A DNA stretch of 47,677 nt from positions 1-47,677 of IMG/VR virus record IMGVR_UViG_3300020440_000023; one strand, given 5' to 3'. Position 1 is the first letter of the stretch; each line of letters opens with the position of its first letter. The notes below the pieces were generated by a model. That model saw nothing but the letters and a program-made list of their open reading frames with translations. It was not told the DNA's origin and searched no databases. Positions 1-9,251 of this stretch are shown piece by piece. The DNA is from a virus (Duplodnaviria > Caudoviricetes). The position numbers and the translations under genes are program-made.

Positions 1-116
1 ATTTCTACTACCAAGCCTGGGTACCACCCCTAAACAGCCAAGTTCGACGCTCTGGTAAACGCCTCTTCCTTGCACTAAATAAAAACTCTAGCTACAAGTT
101 TTTAGCTTATGTATAC

Positions 117-145
117 ACTATAGCAGACTTTATTCGTAAAGTCAA
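117..145 (-). promoter_or_regulatory. sigma70-type promoter downstream of the capsid terminator
   Basis: Minus strand reads TTGACT (145-140), 17-nt spacer, TATAGT (122-117). Confidence 0.65.
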
Positions 146-175
146 CCTCTTTTTTACCAAAATAGGAAAAAAAGT

Positions 176-207
176 CAAAAAAATAGGGCCAATTACGGCC
201 CTATTTT
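176..207 (-). terminator. Rho-independent terminator of the major capsid gene
   Basis: Inverted repeat AAAATAGGGCC-aattac-GGCCCTATTTT followed by a U-tract on the minus strand, ~25 nt after the capsid stop. Confidence 0.85.
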
Positions 208-231
208 AATTTTGTGTTTCTACTAAGAGAC

Positions 232-1389
232 TTAGCTGAATGTTACGTTGGCAATTGAAACTTTGCCTAAGTAGTCAGCCGCGTTACCTAGTGAAGAAGC
301 AACGTTTGATAGCTCAACATAGCCGTATCTTGTCATGAATGACACTACTGGCTCAAATGTTGATGGATCTAACACAACTCCACTTGACATTAGAGGAATG
401 TAAGGAGCGTAGAACGCTGGTGCGTCTGATTCGCTTGATCCTTTGTATCCAACTAATACGTCAGTGCCGTCGCCTGCATATGCGTCAACGTATACTTTCA
501 TTGCACCGTTAAGAGTACCAACCATTTTAGTGTTAGTTGGTGCTTCAAAAGTACCTTCAGTTGTACGTGCAAATGCACTTGTTGTTGCAGACTGTAGGAT
601 AGTTAATGCAAATGGGCTAACCACTGCATAGTTACCTGCGCCACGACGTGTTCTTGCCGCAATATCGTTAGCAACTTTGTTGATCATAACAGCTAATGCC
701 GCATGTTCGTCACCTACGAATGTAGCAGTACCACTTACACCTGTTTGGTCATACGCTTGACCAGCTGTACCAGCTAGTGTACGTAGAGATGCTAGGATCT
801 CTTGATCAATCTCAGCAGTAATTTCTTGGGCTAGTGCCGCCATAACTTCTGCTTCGATGTCAATGCCTTGTTGTGCTTGAGCGTCTTGAGCCGCTTCAAA
901 AGTCCATCTAGCTGATAGCTTTCTGGTTTTTGCTTCGACTGTCTGCTTTAAGATCTGGATGCTTAAACGCTTTCCAGCTGTACCTTCAAGTGTTGCTGTA
1001 GCATCAGCTTTGTCGGTAGAACCGCCACCACTGTAGCCTACACCAATCTTGAATGGTGATAGAGCTTCTTCGCCCGCAGTCACATCATCTAATGTGTCTG
1101 AGTAACGTACTCTTAATGTGTGGATTTGACCCACTGGACCTGTCATAGGCTGTACACCAACTAATTCGTTGGCGATAACAGTTGGCATAACACGTCTGAT
1201 TACCGGTAGGATAACTCTGTTAAGAGTTGCAACATTACCTGCTGAAGATGCACCCGCTGTAGCGGCCTCTGCCAAATACTTTTTAGTATTTTCTAGAGTA
1301 ACGCCCATTACGGCTTTCTTATTGCCTTCTAGGCCTTCAAGAAGTGCAGTCTTTGTATCCTGCCAGCGACTTTCTAATAGTTCTGACAT
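232..1389 (-). CDS. gp23: T4-like major capsid protein (gp23 family)
   Basis: Motifs GVQPMTGPVGQI, VEAKTRKLSARWTFEAAQD, EITAEIDQEI, FYAPYIPL, F.PV..FMTRYG; GGAG Shine-Dalgarno; downstream of scaffold and protease genes. Confidence 0.95.
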   Translation of the reverse strand: MSELLESRWQDTKTALLEGLEGNKKAVMGVTLENTKKYLAEAATAGASSAGNVATLNRVILPVIRRVMPTVIANELVGVQPMTGPVGQIHTLRVRYSDTLDDVTAGEEALSPFKIGVGYSGGGSTDKADATATLEGTAGKRLSIQILKQTVEAKTRKLSARWTFEAAQDAQAQQGIDIEAEVMAALAQEITAEIDQEILASLRTLAGTAGQAYDQTGVSGTATFVGDEHAALAVMINKVANDIAARTRRGAGNYAVVSPFALTILQSATTSAFARTTEGTFEAPTNTKMVGTLNGAMKVYVDAYAGDGTDVLVGYKGSSESDAPAFYAPYIPLMSSGVVLDPSTFEPVVSFMTRYGYVELSNVASSLGNAADYLGKVSIANVTFS

Positions 1390-1399
1390 TTTTTTCTCC

Positions 1400-2500
1400 T
1401 TATTTCAATCCTGCAAGTCTTCTAATATCTACAACGTTATCGGGTGTAGATGTGCTTGCATCTATGTCATTGGTTTGTTTATTGCCTGTTACTTGTGTGC
1501 CTTCGGTAAGTGTTGCCTTGGTATCCTTGGCTGGAGTGTTCCCTGCGATGACGCTTGGCATGTACTTGTCGAAAGATTTTTGTAATCTATCGGTTTGTAC
1601 AGATTCCAGCAAGTCAGCCATGATTTCTCTTTGACCTTGATTTAAAGGTGAAAGGAGCTCATTCATAACTTCTTTTCTCTTAGCTGTGTCTTTAGCAATT
1701 TTAATTTCAGCTTCTTTGCTTTCAACTAATGTTGCTTTTTCTTCAGCCGCTTTTTTAGCTTCAGCTAATTGCTTATCTTTTAGATCAACTACTTTTAATA
1801 GTTTTGCAGTCTCGGACTTCTCATTAAGATAGCTGTTTGAATATTCTGATGCAAAAGATTCGAAAATCTTACGTCCAAAATCATTCTTACGAGCTGAATC
1901 AATGTCTTCCTTCAATTGAGTCATTTCTTTATTAAGACCTTTCTCAACTGTTTCTGCAACAATTTTAGTTGCGTCTTTGATAAACTTAGATTTAACTTTA
2001 GCTAGATGTTCTTTGGCTTCACGTACTAAACGTACTTTCGTGTCAGCCAAGTCCTTTTTATCTTCGTAAAACTCTGCAATTTCTTTAGATAATGAATCAA
2101 CAACAAAATCTTCAAGTTTGGAAAATTTACCTGCCATAGCTTTCTGATCTTCGTGTAGCTCGCCAATTTCTTTGCCTAGTTGTTGAACAACAAAATTCTT
2201 CATTAGATCTGCGTTTTCACGCATTGCTACTGCATATTTTGCTCTTGCTTCGGCTAGTTTTTGACGGTCATCTGCGAACTCAGTTAGCTCTTCACTTAGT
2301 TTTTCATCAAGCATTTTGTCAATAGCTTCTACCATTGTTTGCTTGTCATGCTCATACTTTTGAGCAAATTCTTCTCTAAGTTCAGCTGTGGCGTGCATAC
2401 GATTTTCTTTAATCTTTGCGTCCCATGCTTGTTCGATTTCTGCTCTGATTTCTTCGGAAATAGCGTTATTTTCAAAGAGTGCTTTCAGTGCATCTAACAT
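1400..2500 (-). CDS. prohead core scaffolding protein (gp22-like)
   Basis: Long E/K/A-rich coiled-coil protein between protease and capsid genes, matching the T4 21-22-23 order. Confidence 0.8.
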   Translation of the reverse strand: MLDALKALFENNAISEEIRAEIEQAWDAKIKENRMHATAELREEFAQKYEHDKQTMVEAIDKMLDEKLSEELTEFADDRQKLAEARAKYAVAMRENADLMKNFVVQQLGKEIGELHEDQKAMAGKFSKLEDFVVDSLSKEIAEFYEDKKDLADTKVRLVREAKEHLAKVKSKFIKDATKIVAETVEKGLNKEMTQLKEDIDSARKNDFGRKIFESFASEYSNSYLNEKSETAKLLKVVDLKDKQLAEAKKAAEEKATLVESKEAEIKIAKDTAKRKEVMNELLSPLNQGQREIMADLLESVQTDRLQKSFDKYMPSVIAGNTPAKDTKATLTEGTQVTGNKQTNDIDASTSTPDNVVDIRRLAGLK

Positions 2501-2514
2501 TTATTTTCTCCTTG

Positions 2515-3147
2515 TTAGCGGAGACCGTTGATTATATTCACCAACGATTCCTTTAAGTATTTCTGTGCCTTTTCGTCGCCATGTAGTTCGCGAGCCATAT
2601 TCATTGCCTGATAGCCACCACGGCTATTTAATAAGTGTTCGTAAATGGGAGTTGGATATGCCCCCGGAGCACTTGGTTGAGCAACGGCATCAACAGTAAT
2701 AATTTCAAACTCGCTGACCTCGCCGCTTCCGTCTTCTTTAACATTTCCACTACCCCTTGATGAGACACCAATTTTGACGCCGTTATTAATCATTGTCGAA
2801 ATTAATTGTCCCATCGGGGTTGGAATTACTTTAAGTTTTCCGTAACCGTTTGGACCATCCATCCACATTTCTGTGATCATATGGCTTACACGATCTAAAT
2901 TAATATTAAGTCCTTCAGGATGATCAACTTCACCTAGTACACTATATCCACCTTTAATTTGATCGTTGAGCGTGTTGACAGCTCTACTAATCTCAGTTAC
3001 AGGATATACACGTTGGTTAGCGTTACGAACACCACCTTGTATGCAGATACCTTTTAAATACAGGTCTTTTCCACCTGCATCGTTTTCAGTAGTCTCGACG
3101 ACCATTTTTGCTTGGTCGAATGATAGTGTTTCAGTTAAGTTTAACAT
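2515..3147 (-). CDS. gp21: prohead maturation protease (gp21 family)
   Basis: Motifs N.NQRVYP, GEVDHP, RVSH.I, GVSSRGSG (catalytic Ser), D.VAQPSAPGA. Confidence 0.93.
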   Translation of the reverse strand: MLNLTETLSFDQAKMVVETTENDAGGKDLYLKGICIQGGVRNANQRVYPVTEISRAVNTLNDQIKGGYSVLGEVDHPEGLNINLDRVSHMITEMWMDGPNGYGKLKVIPTPMGQLISTMINNGVKIGVSSRGSGNVKEDGSGEVSEFEIITVDAVAQPSAPGAYPTPIYEHLLNSRGGYQAMNMARELHGDEKAQKYLKESLVNIINGLR

Positions 3148-3167
3148 CTGTTATTCCTTAATCTCAA

Positions 3168-4145
3168 TTAAGAACCAATAGTACTTTTAGTATTGGCTCC
3201 AGTTTCGCCTGCGCCTTTCTTCTCTGCGCCATGGCCTTTAGCGTTTGACATACTCTTAGAAGCTTTTCCGCCTGGTACATTTACGTTCCCTGCATTTTCT
3301 TCTTTAGAGGACATTGCTGAACCGCTTGTAGCACCTTCGCCGCCTGCGGCTATGTTACTTGCTGTTCCACCCATGTCATTTTTTGAAGCAACTGGTGATT
3401 TCGCTTTGTTGTCTTCGCCTTTCGGCTCAGCAACTTTTTCTACGTACTCACGCATTTGTTCGCCAGCTGTTTTTGCTTTGCTTTCAAATGGCATTGCTTC
3501 GTCTTCTACGCTAAGTTCGGAAGGAACTGCAATAGCTTCTTCCTTGTCTTCATCACCTTCGTCATCCATGTCCATGTCAGCTTCGCCGTCATCTTCATCT
3601 TTGTCGCCAGCCATCATTTTTTCAAATTCAGCTTTTAGGTCATCAAGAGCATCTTCTAGGTCAACTACACGGTCTTCGATTTCTTCTTCGTCATCTCCGT
3701 CTTCGTCGCCTTCACCGTCTGCATCAGCTTCGATGTCACCCATCATGTCATCTGCAGGATCGCCGCCCATTGGGTCAGCTTCTGGTGTAATTTCTCCGAA
3801 ATTTTCGTCTGTTTTTTCGTCTGTAGCTTCTTCAACGTCTTCGTCTGATGCTTCGTCTACTTCTTCATCTGTAGCTTCATCAACTTCTTCGTCAGTAGCT
3901 TCGTTAGTTTCTTCGTCGTCTGAAGACTCATCTGATGCTTCGTTAGTTTCTTCGTCTTTTGACGCTTCATCTACTTCTTCATCTTTTGCTTCATCGACTT
4001 CTAAATCTTCTAAATCGTTTTCTAGCATCTTTTCATAGATACCACGTGACTTTTCAATAACAAACTCGTGGAATAGCTCATCTGCGCCAGCACGATCATT
4101 ATTGACAAGTTTTTCGAGCATTTGCTCTAATTTATTGTCTGCCAT
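3168..4145 (-). CDS. highly acidic prohead core / internal protein (gp67-like by position)
   Basis: D/E-rich with repeated (V/T)xE-A units; GGAG SD; lies directly upstream of the protease gene. Confidence 0.65.
   Translation of the reverse strand: MADNKLEQMLEKLVNNDRAGADELFHEFVIEKSRGIYEKMLENDLEDLEVDEAKDEEVDEASKDEETNEASDESSDDEETNEATDEEVDEATDEEVDEASDEDVEEATDEKTDENFGEITPEADPMGGDPADDMMGDIEADADGEGDEDGDDEEEIEDRVVDLEDALDDLKAEFEKMMAGDKDEDDGEADMDMDDEGDEDKEEAIAVPSELSVEDEAMPFESKAKTAGEQMREYVEKVAEPKGEDNKAKSPVASKNDMGGTASNIAAGGEGATSGSAMSSKEENAGNVNVPGGKASKSMSNAKGHGAEKKGAGETGANTKSTIGS
3800..4000 (-). repeat. imperfect 21-24 nt tandem repeats encoding (D)EEVDEA(T/S)-like units
   Basis: Protein segment EVDEAKDEEVDEASKDEETNEASD...EETNEATDEEVDEATDEEVDEASDEDVEEATDE; boundaries approximate. 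Confidence 0.75.
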
Positions 4146-4189
4146 TGTTTTCTCCTATAGTTTTATTAAGTTGTAAGGCTGTCTAGTAG

Positions 4190-4195
4190 TATTTA
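4190..4195 (-). promoter_or_regulatory. gp55-dependent late promoter core (TAAATA)
   Basis: gTAAATAc on the minus strand in the intergenic gap upstream of the core/protease/scaffold/capsid genes; matches the T4 late consensus TATAAATA. Confidence 0.7.
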
Positions 4196-4257
4196 CACTA
4201 TGATTTAAAAATACACGGATAACGGCGCCAAAACGAGCTCGTTTTGCCACAAACCGT

Positions 4258-4857
4258 CTAAAAATCATAATATCTTTTAAACTCACTGACTGTTATGTGA
4301 GATAAATTCGTACATTTCTTTAATTGTTTAGGTACAAAATCATCATCATCGGCTACTATTCTAATATATCTTTTACCTTGATGTGAATCGCACGTTGATG
4401 CTGTCTGTCTCTCCCAATTACCAAAATATGTTGCAGGATCACCTTGTTTCTTATAATTGTGTGTTCCTGCGTACAAGTTATTTACCTTAGATCTGTTTCC
4501 ATGATCATCCTTTTCACCATGAAAATCAAATCCTAGTATGTAAATTGTATCATGTGCATGTGTGCTTGCTAACCATAAAGCAGTAGGTCCACTACTCCAG
4601 CCCTTGCTTGGTTGAAAATATCTAAAACCTTGCATTCCGTTAAACTGTTTGTTGGGATTGGTCCAAACTTCGTGTTCCATTTGCCATTTGTGCTGATTTA
4701 TTTCAAGTATCATCTTTACATCAACAGCGACCAAGTAATCAGGCTCAAAATGCCTATACATGGCATTACATGCATATAGTTTTCCGTAGTTTTTAAGGGG
4801 ATATAAATCTATGTCTTTACGGCTCGTGCCATTACCTATTACAAAGGCTACAGTCAT
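4258..4857 (-). CDS. Maf/MptE-like or sialyltransferase-like (Rossmann-type) transferase
   Basis: N-terminal AFVIGNGTSR, YACNA, PDYLVAVD, SSGPTALWLA and IYILGFD; this motif pattern is shared by GT42/GT29-like sialyltransferases and Maf/MptE proteins. Confidence 0.6.
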   Translation of the reverse strand: MTVAFVIGNGTSRKDIDLYPLKNYGKLYACNAMYRHFEPDYLVAVDVKMILEINQHKWQMEHEVWTNPNKQFNGMQGFRYFQPSKGWSSGPTALWLASTHAHDTIYILGFDFHGEKDDHGNRSKVNNLYAGTHNYKKQGDPATYFGNWERQTASTCDSHQGKRYIRIVADDDDFVPKQLKKCTNLSHITVSEFKRYYDF

Positions 4858-4868
4858 TATACATCATC

Positions 4869-5108
4869 CTATACTTCAGGTTGTGCTTGAATACCGTACA
4901 TTTGACGTACAAATTCTAATTCTTTTTGTTTCTCTTCGTTGTGTAGTTCTGATGCTCTACGAGCTTTATTGATTTGACGTAATGTCAAACGTGTTTTACG
5001 TGTGTCGTCACGATTCACAATGCTTTTATCATCTGTCGCATCGTAACTCTTGTCCTCAATAGGATCAACAGTTTCTTTGTCAAAATAAAATAATTCTCTT
5101 AGTATCAT
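4869..5108 (-). CDS. small conserved-looking head-module protein
   Basis: 79 aa, directly after the portal gene; begins MILREL; TAAATA 5 nt upstream. Confidence 0.7.
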   Translation of the reverse strand: MILRELFYFDKETVDPIEDKSYDATDDKSIVNRDDTRKTRLTLRQINKARRASELHNEEKQKELEFVRQMYGIQAQPEV

Positions 5109-5116
5109 GTTAGTAT

Positions 5117-6862
5117 TTATGCCGGAGGCGTTTCTCCGCCTGCATCTCCTCCGCCTGCTGGTGGTGTTGTAACTGATTCTGGTCCTTCAGTTTCGCCTGT
5201 GGCAACACCTTCTTCACCTTCAGGTGCTGTGTCTGCTCCTGCTCCTAGGTCTGCTTCAATTCCTGCACCACTAATTCCTGCACCACGCATTTCTGCACTT
5301 GCATCAGTTGGCTGTGAAGATAATGTTTCGTCATTTTCTTCTCTCCAGTATCTTTCATTTTCTGCAACTTCACTGTCGCTCATTCCTAAGAAACGTTTCA
5401 TTGCATATCTATTACTGATAAATGGAATAGCTTGAATCTGTGCAAACGTACCAATACGCTGATTATCTAATTCGCTTTGTCTGTAACTTGCAAAGTTTTG
5501 TGGTGGTTGAAATAATAAATCAAACATTGCAATATCAACATTGATACCTTTTTCTAGTAAGTAGCGTTTAAATTCTTGATTAAACACTTCAGCAATTAAG
5601 TTTTGCAAACGTTCACAGTATTTGTTGAAACGCAATTCTTGGATATATGCTGTACCAACTCTACCGTCATTGAAAGAACTTTGACCTTCGTCTTGTGCGG
5701 CCGCTGGTAAGTATGAACTCGGAATACGTAGTCCTCTTACAAGTTTATTTGTAAAATACTTAAGGTCATCAATTTCACCTAAGTTTGTGCCGCCTGGTAG
5801 TGTTTCAACTTTAGAACCTCTACCTTCTGCTGTCTGCGGGAAAAAGTAATCTTCATTAGTTGATAAAGGATTGTAAGCACTGTCTATGACAGATGTACCG
5901 CCTCCTGTCTTTGATGGTATCCTTCTTTGGTGTATTTCAGTTTTAACTCTTTCAACAAACTGCATCGCCAGGTGCGATGGCATATTTCCTACATCAACAT
6001 AAAACACTCTACGTTCAGGTGCTCTCTGTGTTCTGTAAATAATAATAGCATCTTCTAATAATTCTTTTTGTTTGTATACTTTAAATATACCTTCTAACAA
6101 ACTATTACCAAACGGAGCATTGTTGTCCAAGCCTTCACTTAAACTTAGATGCACCATATGTTCTGCACTAATAGCATGTTCTTTTGTTTTGTCATGACCA
6201 AAGCGTCCTCCACTTGATCCTGATGTTTGTGTGTTACCAACCATACCACGAACACCACCTGTCAGATAACCATCGCCGCCACCTGTTACATTTCCGTTAG
6301 TAGTGTATGGTGTTGTAGCAACATTGTCGATAAAATTTAAATTAATATCTTTTACAATGTACTGTTCAGGTTTTTTACCTTCTGATTCGTTAACAATAAT
6401 ACTAGATACTTTTGCAGGATCAACGTGAAACCATTTCTTTGTTTCAGGATCTCTAATAAAAAATGCATCGCCAAACTTGAACACATTACGCACAATTTTA
6501 AACATGCGTGTGCCAAAGTCATTCATTTTAGTCCATTGTTGTAGATACTGTTCTAGTACTTTAATTTCTGAATTAGTAGCCATTTTTTTGAAATCAATAC
6601 TAAAACTAGTTTTGTTAATTGGATTCTGTTGTGAGCAAAATTCTGCAAGAATATCAAGTGCGGCATTCACTTCACTATCCTGATCCATTACATTATATTG
6701 TCCGTATCTCTCAACTCTGTTAGGAGCTCCTGTGTATACATCAGGTAAAAAACTAGAATAGTTTGATCTTGCTGGTCCTGGCTGTGTTCCTTGCCCTACT
6801 GATAGTGGACTACGTGTGCCTGCTTCGCCCTCTACTGGTGTAAAATATCTTTTCCAACTCAT
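5117..6862 (-). CDS. gp20: portal protein (gp20 family)
   Basis: Motifs LLEDAIIIYRTQRAPERRVFYVDVGNMP, EDYFFP, GRGSKVETLPGG.NLGEIDD.KYF..KL...LRIPSSYL, QELRFNKYCERLQ. Confidence 0.96.
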   Translation of the reverse strand: MSWKRYFTPVEGEAGTRSPLSVGQGTQPGPARSNYSSFLPDVYTGAPNRVERYGQYNVMDQDSEVNAALDILAEFCSQQNPINKTSFSIDFKKMATNSEIKVLEQYLQQWTKMNDFGTRMFKIVRNVFKFGDAFFIRDPETKKWFHVDPAKVSSIIVNESEGKKPEQYIVKDINLNFIDNVATTPYTTNGNVTGGGDGYLTGGVRGMVGNTQTSGSSGGRFGHDKTKEHAISAEHMVHLSLSEGLDNNAPFGNSLLEGIFKVYKQKELLEDAIIIYRTQRAPERRVFYVDVGNMPSHLAMQFVERVKTEIHQRRIPSKTGGGTSVIDSAYNPLSTNEDYFFPQTAEGRGSKVETLPGGTNLGEIDDLKYFTNKLVRGLRIPSSYLPAAAQDEGQSSFNDGRVGTAYIQELRFNKYCERLQNLIAEVFNQEFKRYLLEKGINVDIAMFDLLFQPPQNFASYRQSELDNQRIGTFAQIQAIPFISNRYAMKRFLGMSDSEVAENERYWREENDETLSSQPTDASAEMRGAGISGAGIEADLGAGADTAPEGEEGVATGETEGPESVTTPPAGGGDAGGETPPA

Positions 6863-6872
6863 TATTTGTTCC

Positions 6873-9176
6873 TTATCCAGCCATTATATTGCCGTTAAGA
6901 GCTTTTACGGCTGTTGTGTTCTTTTTTGTTAATTCAATAAGCTGAAGCATGTTAGTATTTAACATCGCAAGCTCTGTACTAGGTTCTGATGTGGTTTCTG
7001 GTTTTTTAGGAGTTACAGAGCCAGTAGCATTGTTTTCTGATGTTTCTTCTGATTTTTGTTCATTGCTTTCGCCTTCCCACCATTTTTTAAACCAACCTTT
7101 TTCTTCACTGTTGCTGTTAGATCCTTGTACACTTCCTGGATCTCCTCCGCCAAAACCAAAGAAACTTTTGATTCCTTCAAATGCTCCAGACATCCAGTTC
7201 TTTATACCGCCCCATAGATCAGATATTGCATCAGTAACCCATTTAGTCATTTCACCATCAAAAAATGCAAAGTCTACAGCTACAATTGCCGCGGTGATAG
7301 CACCTCCGATAAGCACTGGTAATGATAGTAATGCGCCGCCGGCGGCTGTTAACACTGTAGCGAGTGCCGTTGCTATAAAGCCTGCTGAAGCTGTTAATGC
7401 TGTGCTAATAAAGCCTAATACTGCTGTACCAATAGTTCCACCAAGACCTGCCAATCCAACACCAATTTTAGCCGCAAGTGCTGATGCGGAGAACCATGCA
7501 ACTATGCCACCGCCTAGTATTAACATTGCGTTTGTAACAAATCCCGTTAAACTATCTATTGCTGAATTAAAAAATCCTGCAGGATCTTTTGCGAAATCGT
7601 CTGCCCATTGTTTTAATGTTGGTAATATCTTACCCATATATTCTACAGCTTTATTGAAAGCCTCTGTACTAAATTTTATCGCATCATCAAGTAGTTTTTT
7701 ACCATCAGTTTTTAACCAATTCCAAGCATCATTCATTGCTGTTTCTATTGTGCCTTTATTTGCTTCAAATAAATCTACTGCTGTGTTATAGTCAGGAATC
7801 AAATCTGCTATTGATTCTGCGGCTTCTTTAAATGCATCTGTGCCTGTAAGTAATGCTTGTGATCTTCCTGACAAGTCTTCTAGTGTGGTAACACTATTTC
7901 CTACGGCAGTTGTTAATTTGTCTCTAGCTGATTGTTCATTGTCAATTGCTGATTTAGTTGTTTCAACAGTGGTTGCTAATTGACCTGCGATTTGCAATGC
8001 ACTTCCAAACGTTGAATTCATAGCCGCATCAATACCGCCATCTTTAAATCTAAGTGCTAACGCTTTCATTTCTTCGCCAACCTTCTTTTGGAAATTATTG
8101 AATTCAGCCGCATCCATATTTTCTATGTCTTTTGCAAATTGTTTAAAGGTTGGAGAGTTTGCCATTAGCTGTTGAGTAACAGGATCGTTTGCAATACCGT
8201 CTGCCATATCAACAAGTGCCGCTTCAAATTCAGGTGACTTAGCCGCGGCTTGTTCTAGATTTCCTCTAAATTTATTCATTTGGTCTGTTGTCATAGTAGA
8301 CATTGCCGCTTGTCTACGTATGTCAGTGTTTTTAGATTTCATTTCTTCTTCAAGTTGTTTACGACTTTTACCTGTCAGTCTTGCAATTCTATCAAGTTCT
8401 AAAGAATACTCAGCCGCTCCTTGAGCCAACTGCTGGTCAGTCATAAATCTGTCTCTACCTGTAGAAACCATTAATTCATTGTAATTGATTAAATTTTCAT
8501 TAAGTTCATCTGTGGTTACACCCATTCCTAAAAGTTGTCTACCTAAATCACCTGTACGTAATTCTTTTGATAGTCGACCAAATCTACGAGTACCGTCTTG
8601 CACACTTGCACCAAACAATCTTAGTGGTTCTGAATTAGTAGCAATGACTTTTGCAAGTGTTTGCATAGATAGTGCTGATTGCCCTGCAACTTGTGTGATT
8701 TCAAACATGTTATTACCAAATCCTGCACCAATTGAAGAAAGTTCTTTGAACTGGTTCATTTGATTTTCAATAACACCTGTGACTAAATTTAAACCAGGAA
8801 CATTTTTAGTAAACTCATGTATACTATTTTTGCCTTCAAGTAGTCCTGTTGCAAGTCCTGTTACTGCTCCTGCCGCGGTACCAATGGTGCCTACAATCAG
8901 ATTAAATGCGCCGCCGACTACACTACTAGCCGCTGATGCCATTTTGTTAATAGCACTTGCACCGTCTTTAGACGCTGTTCCTAATTTTTTAACTGATTGA
9001 CTAGCTTTTTTTGCTTCAGGACCAACACCTGCACCGCCAGCACCTCCGCCACCTTGACCGTCAATTTGACCAGGTCTACCGCCTAAGGCTTTAAGTATTT
9101 CACGTAATGTTTGCTCTGAAGCCGCATTATCCGCTTGTACTTCACCAATACCGGGTATATCTATTTTTACTGCCAT
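6873..9176 (-). CDS. probable tail tape measure protein
   Basis: 767 aa, helical Ala/Gly/Leu-rich, hydrophobic segment near residues 555-640, periodic W/F residues near the C-terminus; adjacent to a frameshifted chaperone candidate. Confidence 0.75.
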   Translation of the reverse strand: MAVKIDIPGIGEVQADNAASEQTLREILKALGGRPGQIDGQGGGGAGGAGVGPEAKKASQSVKKLGTASKDGASAINKMASAASSVVGGAFNLIVGTIGTAAGAVTGLATGLLEGKNSIHEFTKNVPGLNLVTGVIENQMNQFKELSSIGAGFGNNMFEITQVAGQSALSMQTLAKVIATNSEPLRLFGASVQDGTRRFGRLSKELRTGDLGRQLLGMGVTTDELNENLINYNELMVSTGRDRFMTDQQLAQGAAEYSLELDRIARLTGKSRKQLEEEMKSKNTDIRRQAAMSTMTTDQMNKFRGNLEQAAAKSPEFEAALVDMADGIANDPVTQQLMANSPTFKQFAKDIENMDAAEFNNFQKKVGEEMKALALRFKDGGIDAAMNSTFGSALQIAGQLATTVETTKSAIDNEQSARDKLTTAVGNSVTTLEDLSGRSQALLTGTDAFKEAAESIADLIPDYNTAVDLFEANKGTIETAMNDAWNWLKTDGKKLLDDAIKFSTEAFNKAVEYMGKILPTLKQWADDFAKDPAGFFNSAIDSLTGFVTNAMLILGGGIVAWFSASALAAKIGVGLAGLGGTIGTAVLGFISTALTASAGFIATALATVLTAAGGALLSLPVLIGGAITAAIVAVDFAFFDGEMTKWVTDAISDLWGGIKNWMSGAFEGIKSFFGFGGGDPGSVQGSNSNSEEKGWFKKWWEGESNEQKSEETSENNATGSVTPKKPETTSEPSTELAMLNTNMLQLIELTKKNTTAVKALNGNIMAG

Positions 9177-9205
9177 TAATTAAATACTCACTTAATAAGA
9201 ATCCA

Positions 9206-9236
9206 TAAATACTATCATATATGTTAATACTATTTA
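9206..9236. promoter_or_regulatory. face-to-face TAAATA late promoters for the divergent gp26-like (+) and tape measure (-) genes
   Basis: TAAATA at 9206-9211 (+) and at 9236-9231 (-) within a 75-nt intergenic region. Confidence 0.65.
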
Positions 9237-9251
9237 GCAGGAGAAATAAAC

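Noticed and set aside
3193-4038. 281-aa Ser-rich plus-strand ORF
   Set aside because: Antisense shadow of the acidic Asp/Glu-rich gene.
6949-9000. Plus-strand ORFs (280, 92 and 73 aa) inside the tape measure gene
   Set aside because: Antisense shadows caused by codon bias; no SD or motifs.
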